A stretch of 13,294 nucleotides of DNA, taken from positions 1-13,294 of the forward strand of contig JBAXOY010000087.1 of assembly GCA_037133055.1 (NCBI GenBank), written 5' to 3'. Below, piece by piece: positions 1 through 7,123 of this stretch. Within the stretch, counting starts at the first letter, position 1, and every line of letters starts with the position of its first letter. Below the pieces are notes generated by a model. It was given only the letters and a program-made list of their open reading frames with translations, searched no databases and was not told where the DNA came from. A program made the position numbers and the translations under genes. The DNA comes from Chlamydiota bacterium. Its GTDB lineage: Bacteria; Auribacterota; Tritonobacteria; UBA1439.

Positions 1-1077
1 GGCGGGTTTGACGTCATCATCGGCAATCCGCCATGGAAAGAGATTTCAACCCTCAAGGGCGAGTACGGCATCAGGAACTACGAGGTGGAAAAGAGCGGAA
101 ACCTCTACGCAGTATGTAGCGAACGATCGTTCGAACTCCTGACCCCAGGTGGTAGCTTCAGCTTCATAGTGCAACTGCCGATCGTGGGGTCTTCGCGTAT
201 GCTGTCACTCCGCGAACACCTGATGGGCCACTCCGCTCACCTCACACTTATGCCGTGTGACGACAGACCGGGCAAGCTCTTTGACGGGCTGCAGCACTGT
301 CGGAATTGCATTTTCGTTGCCAGCAAGCCACATCGCCCCAACAGCAACATGCTATACACGACTCGATACAACCGATGGCCCACGGAGGCACGTGGTTATC
401 TCTTCCCAACGGTACAATACACACGCTTTGACGCGGAACTCATGCAGGGTGTTTTCCCCAAACTGGCCGGGGAGATTCACGCATCCGTCTGCCGTCGGTT
501 TCTCTCACAACCCAAAGGGACGTTGGAAAAGGCTATATCGACGACCCCGACTCATCACTTCATTTTCTATCAGGAAGCGACTCAATACTGGGTCAAAGCC
601 ACGGTAGGCCTGCCATACTACTCGAAGAACGACAAAGTCGCACCGCCTGCTCACGGCCGATTCCTGTACTTTCCAACAAGACCGACGGCACAGGCGGTCC
701 AGGCCATTCTCAACAGCAGTCTCTTCTACACCTATTTCATTGCCTATGGCGATTGCTTCCATTTGAGCGATATACTTGCACGGTCTTTCCCGGCTCCTCC
801 CGCAGCCTTCGATGACCGCGAGTTGCAGAGCCTCGCGAGTGCACTTGGCCGGGACCTTGAAAAGCACGCCAAGCGCACGAAGATCACGACCAAGGACGGC
901 GACACGATCGTTTACGCCGAGTTCAACGTGTCCGACTCCAAACCGATCATCGACGAGATTGACCGGGTCTTGGCGAAGCACTACGGTTTCACGGAAGAGG
1001 AGCTTGATTTTATCATCAACTACGATATCAAGTATCGCATGGGGCAAGAAGTCGATAAAGAGGTCACTGAGGAATGA
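1..1077 (+). CDS. Type IIG / Eco57I-like restriction-modification enzyme, C-terminal part (N6-adenine MTase motif IV plus target recognition domain); 5' truncated
   Basis: Frame 1 is open from base 1 and reads GGFDVIIGNPPWKEISTLKGEYGIRNYEVEKSGNLYAVCSERSFELLTPGG, so the track start at 85 is internal. NPPW is amino-MTase motif IV. It is followed by NLYA..ERSF.LL..GG.F.FIV, LNSSLFY and the C-terminal SKPIIDEIDRVLAKHYGFTEEELDFIINYDIKYRMG typical of fused RM MTases. The endonuclease part is outside the window, so the Type IIG call is inferred. Confidence 0.85.
   Translation, partial: GGFDVIIGNPPWKEISTLKGEYGIRNYEVEKSGNLYAVCSERSFELLTPGGSFSFIVQLPIVGSSRMLSLREHLMGHSAHLTLMPCDDRPGKLFDGLQHCRNCIFVASKPHRPNSNMLYTTRYNRWPTEARGYLFPTVQYTRFDAELMQGVFPKLAGEIHASVCRRFLSQPKGTLEKAISTTPTHHFIFYQEATQYWVKATVGLPYYSKNDKVAPPAHGRFLYFPTRPTAQAVQAILNSSLFYTYFIAYGDCFHLSDILARSFPAPPAAFDDRELQSLASALGRDLEKHAKRTKITTKDGDTIVYAEFNVSDSKPIIDEIDRVLAKHYGFTEEELDFIINYDIKYRMGQEVDKEVTEE
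976..1046 (+). repeat. Direct repeat copy 1: 3' end of the RM gene (KHYGFTEEELDFIINYDIKYRMGQ)
   Basis: Core 1006-1046 (gattttatcatcaactacgatatcaagtatcgcatggggca) matches 3448-3488 at 39/41 nt. The extended hand alignment of 976-1046 with 3420-3488 gives about 60/71 with a 2-nt gap. Confidence 0.95.
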
Positions 1078-3389
1078 ATATTCAGAACAAATCCCATCCT
1101 TTTTCAGCGGATCGCCCCATAAAGACTAGAGCAGAAGATGAGCTCGGCCGTTATGAGTTTGCGCATTCTCTTGCGGAAGCGATTAGGCTCTGGAAGGGAG
1201 AAGATAGTCTCGTCATCGGGCTCTTCGGTCAGTGGGGGCAGGGCAAGACATCCGTCAAAAATATGATCCTGGAGCATTTGCACGATCATAAAGAATTTGC
1301 CCCCTATATCATCGAATTCAATCCCTGGCAATGGAGTGGGCAATCTCAAATCGCGAGTGCATTTTTTGATGAGATTTCGACCACTCTCGGCAGAAATAAC
1401 AGCGAAAAGAATGCAGCCGAAAGGGCGGCTAAATGGCGGCAATGGGCGATACTGCTCAATATTTGCCAACAGACCACAGGTAGTTTAAAGCGCGTTATTC
1501 CGTATATCCTCTGGTTTCTCGCCATTACATGTGGGGTAACCGGATTTATAAACTATCCGATTGTCCGATATATTTCTCGGGGGCTTGCTTCTATCTTTGC
1601 GCTACTAGGAGGCATCCTGCAATGCAGCTCTGGATTGGCGGAGGCTGTAGCAAAATATCTTGAAGAGAAGTGTCGCTGGGGGGCAAAGAAACTGGAAGTG
1701 GTCCATGATGAGTTATGGACATTGATGAATGAACAATCCAAGCCTGTTCTTGTAGTGTTGGATGATATAGACCGTCTTTTGCCCGACGAGATTCGCCTTG
1801 TGTTCCAACTCGTAAAGTCGAATGCCGATTTCCCCAACATGATATATCTGCTCCTGTTTCAAAGGGATTATGTGGAAAATGTCATGGAGCAGGCAATGGG
1901 TGGAAAAGAAATAATCCGCGGGCGAGATTTTTTGGAGAAGATTATTAATGTCGGCTTCGATCTACCGTTGATTGAGCATGTCAAAATTATTCAATTCCTA
2001 AGCAGGCAAATCAACAAAGTATTCCAAAATATAGATATCACGGAAGAAGAAACGCACCGTATGGGGAATATATTTATAGGCGAACTAAGATGCTATTTTA
2101 TTAATTTGCGAGATGTTAAAAGGTTTCTTGGGAGTTTGGAATTCCATCTGAATCTATTGCGGCCCCAAGGAATTCTGGAAGTCAATTCCACTGATCTGAT
2201 CGCAATTGAAACCCTTCGTGTTTTTGAGCCCGGTGTGTATTCAGCCCTCCCTGGAATCAAGTCATATTTAACCGCATCGAGAGAGGGAATAAACGAGAGC
2301 GGAAAGAGCGAAGCGAAAGCAGCCATAGATAGTGTATTGGCAAAATCCTCGAAAGGGAAACAGGAACAGGTGCGATTAATTCTCAAAGCATTATTCCCAC
2401 GGATACAATCAATTTATGGGAATATTGTATTTGGAAACGATTGGGAGGATGATTGGTATCGCGATCGGAGGATATGTCATCAAGATATTTTCAACCGATA
2501 TTTCCTGTTCAGGGTTGCATCGGGAGATGTGTCTCAAGCGGATATAGAACGAATAATGAATAATTCCGGCAATCGTGATGTGCTGGTTGCCGAATTCCGT
2601 TCTTTCAAGAAGCAAGAAATATTTACCGTGCTTCTTGACAGGCTTGAAGCATACAAGCAGAAGATAAGTCTGAATTATGCTGTGCCCTTTATCACGGCCT
2701 TATACGATGTCGGCGATGAACTTCCTGACGAGATAGGGACATCCGTTTTGCTTTCTCCCGAATTGCATGCCATTCGAATAGTCTATTGGTGCCTGAAGCA
2801 GGAACCTGATGAGAAAAAGCGTGGCAAGCTGCTGGTGGAAGCGACGAAGCAAACGACCGGCATATTTCTTCCAACATTCGATGCGCATTCAGAAGATAGA
2901 AAGCGGGCGAAGCAGGATCGCGATGAGTTCCTTGTCGATGAAGAGAGCAGCGAGATTCTGAAGACATTGTGCGTAGAGAAGATTAGACAAGCTGCAGGTG
3001 ATGGATCCTTGGCCACTAACCGGCGGCTCCATTATCTCTTAAGTAAATGGGGCGAATGGGGGCGAGCCGATGAGCCTTGTGAATGGCTCGGGAAGAGGCT
3101 AGAAACACGCCAAGGCCTGTTAGCTGTACTTCTCGCCTTTGTGCATCGTTCAGCGTCACGCACTGAGGGTGCATATATCGACAAAATCCATTGCAAATTT
3201 GATCTTAAAAGTTTGGAAGAATTTGTTTCGGCAGATACAGTAACTGCGGCCATCGGGCATTTAAAAGGCCAAGATCTAACTGATGAACAACGTGAGGCGA
3301 TCGGATGCTTCAAAAAAGCCAAAGCTCGAAAACAGGCGGGTAAGCCGTATGCTTTGGATCAGATATGGCATGATGATAAGGAAGATTAG
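1074..3389 (+). CDS. KAP-family P-loop NTPase with two transmembrane helices (771 aa)
   Basis: N-terminal SADRPI...EDELGR..FA, Walker A GLFGQWGQGKTS, FNPWQWS and Walker B VLVVLDDIDRL, followed by FLEKIINVGFDLP and NLRDVKRF. A hydrophobic hairpin lies between the Walker motifs (VIPYILWFLAITCGVTGFINYPIV; GLASIFALLGGIL). The start overlaps the RM gene stop (ATGA). Confidence 0.93.
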   Translation: MNIQNKSHPFSADRPIKTRAEDELGRYEFAHSLAEAIRLWKGEDSLVIGLFGQWGQGKTSVKNMILEHLHDHKEFAPYIIEFNPWQWSGQSQIASAFFDEISTTLGRNNSEKNAAERAAKWRQWAILLNICQQTTGSLKRVIPYILWFLAITCGVTGFINYPIVRYISRGLASIFALLGGILQCSSGLAEAVAKYLEEKCRWGAKKLEVVHDELWTLMNEQSKPVLVVLDDIDRLLPDEIRLVFQLVKSNADFPNMIYLLLFQRDYVENVMEQAMGGKEIIRGRDFLEKIINVGFDLPLIEHVKIIQFLSRQINKVFQNIDITEEETHRMGNIFIGELRCYFINLRDVKRFLGSLEFHLNLLRPQGILEVNSTDLIAIETLRVFEPGVYSALPGIKSYLTASREGINESGKSEAKAAIDSVLAKSSKGKQEQVRLILKALFPRIQSIYGNIVFGNDWEDDWYRDRRICHQDIFNRYFLFRVASGDVSQADIERIMNNSGNRDVLVAEFRSFKKQEIFTVLLDRLEAYKQKISLNYAVPFITALYDVGDELPDEIGTSVLLSPELHAIRIVYWCLKQEPDEKKRGKLLVEATKQTTGIFLPTFDAHSEDRKRAKQDRDEFLVDEESSEILKTLCVEKIRQAAGDGSLATNRRLHYLLSKWGEWGRADEPCEWLGKRLETRQGLLAVLLAFVHRSASRTEGAYIDKIHCKFDLKSLEEFVSADTVTAAIGHLKGQDLTDEQREAIGCFKKAKARKQAGKPYALDQIWHDDKED

Positions 3390-3419
3390 ATGGTCCATAA
3401 CGAGAACCCAAATAATGTT

Positions 3420-3510
3420 AAGCATTTCGTCTTCAAGGATGAGGATCGATTTCATCATCAACTACGACATCAAGTATCGCATGGGGCAGAATTGAGAGGA
3501 GGAGGATTAG
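3420..3510 (+). pseudogene. Direct repeat copy 2: decayed remnant of an RM gene 3' end
   Basis: Reads KHFVFKDE[2-nt deletion]DFIINYDIKYRMGQN*EEED*, against KHYGFTEEELDFIINYDIKYRMGQEVDKEVTEE* in the intact gene. Both core mismatches are synonymous (TTT/TTC, GAT/GAC). Confidence 0.88.
3496..3505 (+). promoter_or_regulatory. Shine-Dalgarno sequence for the ATPase, formed by the Glu codons of the remnant
   Basis: GAGGAGGAGG ends 8 nt upstream of ATG 3514. Confidence 0.75.
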
Positions 3511-3513
3511 CGT

Positions 3514-4767
3514 ATGATTACTCTCGTTGAAGCACTGAATTATCGTTGTCTCAAATATACAAGCCAAAGGCTGAAGCCTTTTCAGATTCTCGTCGGACCC
3601 AACGCGACGGGGAAAACCACCTTTTTGGATGTCATAGCTTTCCTCGGGGACTTGGTTTCACGCGGTCTTGATTTTGCCGTGTCTCGCCGGGTAAATACGC
3701 CGGCAGACCTGACTTGGTGGAGAAAGGGAGAATCATTCGAGCTCGCGATTGAGGCACTGATTCCGGAAAAGCTTCGCGGGATGTTGGAGAATCCCTCTTT
3801 TGACCGAATCCGATATGAAGTTGCGGTGGGGATGGATGTGGATGGGCAGGGTATCGGTCTCACCAGTGAACGTGTTTTTCTGAAGATGAACGGCGATGAG
3901 ATGGAACCGCCGCGGGATTTATTTCCACATCTTCGGGCTATACCGCGAGCAATACTCTCTCAAAAGGGATTGTCGAAAAAGCGGCAATCAGTCATTGTCA
4001 GCAAGGAACAGGGGGGCAACGAGAATTTCTACCCGGAAACTCCCAAAGGGTATAAGCCCTCTTATCCTTCGAAACCGCGCCGCGTTGCATTTGCGAATAT
4101 TCCTCCGGACGAAAGTAGTTACCCCGTTTCATTATGGTTCAAAGAATATCTCGCTGCGGGCATTCAGCAATTCATTCTCGACAGCCTCGAGATACGCAAG
4201 GCAAGCCCGCCGGGACAGATTTCCGGCTTTAAGCCCGATGGATCGAATATACCGTGGGTAATCGAGCGGCTTAAGGAAACAGACCCGGACAGATTTACGG
4301 AATGGGTTGATCATCTTCAGACTGCCCTGCCTGATTTAGAAGGCCTGCGAACGATCGAACGGAAAGATGATAAGCATCGTTACATGATGCTTCAGTATCG
4401 GGGAGGACTCGAGGTGCCATCCTGGTTGGCATCAGATGGCACTCTCAGACTTCTGGCTTTGACGTTGCCGGCCTATTTAAGGGGCTTTCGAGGCTGCTAT
4501 ATAATTGAAGAACCGGAGAACGGCGTGCATCCTCGTGCCGTGGAGACAGTTGTTCAATCATTGTCGTCTGTTTATGAAGCACAGGTCCTCATGGCGACGC
4601 ATTCGCCAGTCGTGTTGAGCGACGTGAATGCATCGCAAGTTCTCTGTTTCGCGAAGACTCAAGAGGGCGCCACGGACATCGTGCGCGGAGATATGCATCC
4701 GAAATTAAAGGATTGGAAGGGGTCACCAAACCTTTCCGTTCTCTTTGCCGGAGGGGTGCTCGGATGA
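3514..4767 (+). CDS. ABC/AAA_21-type (RecF/SMC-like) ATPase, defence-associated; resembles MADS ATPase MAD3
   Basis: Walker A GPNATGKTT after NYRCL, signature-like SDGTLRLLAL, Walker B/D-loop IIEEPENGVHP and H-loop ATHSP; no TM segments. The MAD3 resemblance is from memory and gene context, not from a search. Confidence 0.88.
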   Translation: MITLVEALNYRCLKYTSQRLKPFQILVGPNATGKTTFLDVIAFLGDLVSRGLDFAVSRRVNTPADLTWWRKGESFELAIEALIPEKLRGMLENPSFDRIRYEVAVGMDVDGQGIGLTSERVFLKMNGDEMEPPRDLFPHLRAIPRAILSQKGLSKKRQSVIVSKEQGGNENFYPETPKGYKPSYPSKPRRVAFANIPPDESSYPVSLWFKEYLAAGIQQFILDSLEIRKASPPGQISGFKPDGSNIPWVIERLKETDPDRFTEWVDHLQTALPDLEGLRTIERKDDKHRYMMLQYRGGLEVPSWLASDGTLRLLALTLPAYLRGFRGCYIIEEPENGVHPRAVETVVQSLSSVYEAQVLMATHSPVVLSDVNASQVLCFAKTQEGATDIVRGDMHPKLKDWKGSPNLSVLFAGGVLG

Positions 4768-5384
4768 TGGACCTCATAGTCCTTGTTCCAGACAGGAATC
4801 TGGAATACGCCGTAAAGGGAATTCTTGCACGACATCAGTCTCTGGGCATTCGTCCCATAACGGTGGAGGTCCTTTCTCATCCGGGGCATGACCCCGGCTG
4901 TTTCGGTGAGTCGCCGGAATTTTTGCAATTTGCCGTGAGACAGGCATCTCATGCATTGGTAGTGTTTGATTATGAAGGCTCCGGTCAGGAGTATCGAATG
5001 AACCGTGTCCAGATGGAGACCGATCTGGAACAACGTCTGTCCGAAGCCGGTTGGAGTGGGCGTTCCGCAGCGGTGATCATTGCCCCTGAACTGGAGAGTT
5101 GGGTATGGAGCGATTCGCCGCATGTTGATATTGTTTTAGGTTGGGAGGGGCGCAGGTCCTCTCTGAGAGAATGGTTGCTCGGACAACACCATATGGGGAG
5201 GACCGCCCCAAAGCCTCCGCATCCGAAAGATGCAATGCTGGCGGCGCTTCGGGAAGCGGGTAAGTCGCGTACGTCGAGACTCTATTCCGCTCTTGCCGAA
5301 AAGGTTAGTCTCGATCGTTGTACTGACGACGCGTTCCTGAAGTTCAAGCGCGTATTGAAGGAATGGTTCGCTGAAGCACCGTGA
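4764..5384 (+). CDS. ATPase partner protein, Toprim/DUF4276/RloB-like; resembles MADS protein MAD4 (206 aa)
   Basis: The likely start is ATG 4764 (or 4767), overlapping the ATPase stop, with GGAGG at 4750-4754; the track start at 4713 is probably too early. Motifs DLIVLVPD, HPGHDPGC, VVFDYEG, IIAPELESWVW and PPHPKDAM fit the acidic Toprim-like partners of ABC ATPases. Confidence 0.7.
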   Translation: MMDLIVLVPDRNLEYAVKGILARHQSLGIRPITVEVLSHPGHDPGCFGESPEFLQFAVRQASHALVVFDYEGSGQEYRMNRVQMETDLEQRLSEAGWSGRSAAVIIAPELESWVWSDSPHVDIVLGWEGRRSSLREWLLGQHHMGRTAPKPPHPKDAMLAALREAGKSRTSRLYSALAEKVSLDRCTDDAFLKFKRVLKEWFAEAP

Positions 5385-5653
5385 TCAGGGATGGGGAAGG
5401 AGTACGGAGAGGAACACGCTACCGGAGGGGAGCACGTCTGGGGGGGGAATAAGCCGTATGTTGGATATGAATTTGAATATGAAGAACATATCATTCCTCT
5501 ATCAATTTATTAGTCTGTAACCTCCTTACCCACGGGGAGATACCCTATCAGCGGAGCTGAACGGAGTAACCGCAATATCGCGCGATTCCGGTCTTTTGCG
5601 CGTGTCGCATTTATAGGGATGAATCTGGGGACATCAGTACCAGGAATCATGTC

Positions 5654-6280
5654 ATGACGGAAATCGTGACCATCCGAAAATCCGATGAGGGGTATCCACA
5701 CGCGCTGCATCGCTATCTTGGGGACCGCGCGCCGGAACAACTCTTCGCCCTCGGCGATATTGCTATTCTCCGGCAGAAGACCCTCGCGCTGTTCTGCTCA
5801 GTCAAGTGCCCCGGCAACATCATCCTCAAAACATACGATCTCGTCAGGGAGTTGCGCGACGCCGGGATCAGCGTCATAAGCGGCTTTCATTCGCCGATGG
5901 AGAAGGAATGCTTCGATCTTCTCCTACGGGGGCAACAGCCGGTTCTCTGGTGTCCGGCTTTCCGCGTGCCCGCGAAACGCCCGCGCAAGAAGTATACCGA
6001 GGCGCTATCGGATAGTCGGCTTCTTATTGTGTCGTGCTTCGGTGATACAATCCAACGGGCCAGCGCCGAAACAACCCGTATCCGCAATGATATTGTTGCC
6101 GCGTTATCCGACAAGATTTTTGTCGCGTACGCCGACCCGGACGGAAAAATCATAGGGTTTTGCCGGCGGATGATTGATATGGAGAAACCGCTCCTTACTT
6201 TTGATATGCCCGCCAACGCGGTCCTTCTTTCCATAGGTGCGCGGCCATGGAACGGGATCGCTTCTCTCGGTGGCGATTGA
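5654..6280 (+). CDS. Short DprA/Smf-like protein (DNA_processg_A, SLOG superfamily), Rossmann domain only
   Basis: YP..L...APEQLFALGDIAIL, LALFCSVKCP, VISGFHSPMEKE and RNDIVAALSDKIFVAYA...G mirror the DprA core. At 208 aa it lacks the N-terminal SAM and C-terminal winged-helix domains. Confidence 0.78.
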   Translation: MTEIVTIRKSDEGYPHALHRYLGDRAPEQLFALGDIAILRQKTLALFCSVKCPGNIILKTYDLVRELRDAGISVISGFHSPMEKECFDLLLRGQQPVLWCPAFRVPAKRPRKKYTEALSDSRLLIVSCFGDTIQRASAETTRIRNDIVAALSDKIFVAYADPDGKIIGFCRRMIDMEKPLLTFDMPANAVLLSIGARPWNGIASLGGD

Positions 6281-6317
6281 TTTCTATACGGCTGTCGGGG
6301 GCCTATCGGGGTTGGAC

Positions 6318-6911
6318 ATGTCCATATTTCGCCGACTGAAGAGAGAGATGCCGGAGGGTAATTCCGGGGTAGATCCCGTTCAATCGCTCGCCGATCTAAT
6401 CGGCCGCGAGGGGCGCGGGCTCCGCGAATTTGAGCTACGGGTTCATTTCGCGGGCGAGGGGAAACTCGCTCATCCCGACCGGAATGATATCCATCTTGAG
6501 GTGGCGGGGAGGGAAGTCATCTGGCGCGTGGAAACGCTTCGGGAGCTTTTTCGCGGCGACAAGCATCCGCCGTCCGAGAGCGGGATGGAGCATTATCCGG
6601 AGGAATACGTTCCATTTTTCGCGGTCGTGGAATACAACCTCGTGTCCGCCTGCGAATATTTCCACGATCCGACCGATGCGGCAATATTGGATGTGTACAC
6701 CCTGATGCGGAGACGACCGGACGCTAAAAGCGTCGGCGCAGCGCACCATGTCGTCTGGCAGGCCGCCGCTCTTGCCCTTGGAGTCGCGCCTTTCAGCGAG
6801 GCGGAGTATCAGGCCGTATTCTCCCAGCTTGCCCGTTCCGCGAGACACTGGGAAATGGGCCCTTCATCCCGGAACTATATCGATTACCTTCGGACTTCTT
6901 TTGCCGAATGA
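6318..6911 (+). CDS. Hypothetical protein (~197 aa)
   Basis: Co-oriented ORF with globular-looking composition. ATG 6318 (MSIFRRLKRE) avoids the overlap with the upstream gene that the track start at 6237 would create. No family recognised. Confidence 0.65.
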   Translation: MSIFRRLKREMPEGNSGVDPVQSLADLIGREGRGLREFELRVHFAGEGKLAHPDRNDIHLEVAGREVIWRVETLRELFRGDKHPPSESGMEHYPEEYVPFFAVVEYNLVSACEYFHDPTDAAILDVYTLMRRRPDAKSVGAAHHVVWQAAALALGVAPFSEAEYQAVFSQLARSARHWEMGPSSRNYIDYLRTSFAE

Positions 6912-7082
6912 GCCCCCCATCTCCCTCAGTACGTGCACCTTCGGTGGAAATGCCTTGTTATATGGGGATATTTTCACCCCCCCCTGTACCTCCCCCTCAA
7001 GGAGGAGTGGAATACGCTGTATTGGAGACCGTAACGGGGGCATCGCTCTTTATCAACAAAGCGAACAAAGCGACAAAGCCAA

Positions 7083-7111
7083 TTGAAGCGGGCGGGGCGA
7101 TGTCGTAGAAT
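7083..7111 (+). promoter_or_regulatory. Putative sigma70 promoter for the decarboxylase-speY genes
   Basis: TTGAAG (7083-7088), 17-nt spacer, TAGAAT (7106-7111). Confidence 0.55.
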
Positions 7112-7123
7112 AGGCGCGCGTGC

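Noticed and set aside
3283..3495. 70-aa ORF ending in DFIINYDIKYRMGQN as a real gene
   Set aside because: It overlaps the KAP 3' end out of frame, and only its tail is RM-like; better explained as the frameshifted remnant.
4713..4763. N-terminal extension of the ATPase partner in the ORF track
   Set aside because: It overlaps the ATPase C-terminus; the RBS and ATGA coupling point to 4764.
3341..5466. TAAGCCGTATG shared by 3341-3351 and 5450-5460, each followed closely by TTGGAT
   Set aside because: Exact 11-mer matches are expected by chance in 13 kb and the extension needs a gap; no structural logic found.
5577..5586. Palindrome ATCGCGCGAT
   Set aside because: Short and isolated, with no associated promoter elements.
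6908..7108. 66-aa Pro-rich ORF
   Set aside because: Runs through the C-rich hairpin, the repeat and the promoter; low complexity, probably non-coding.
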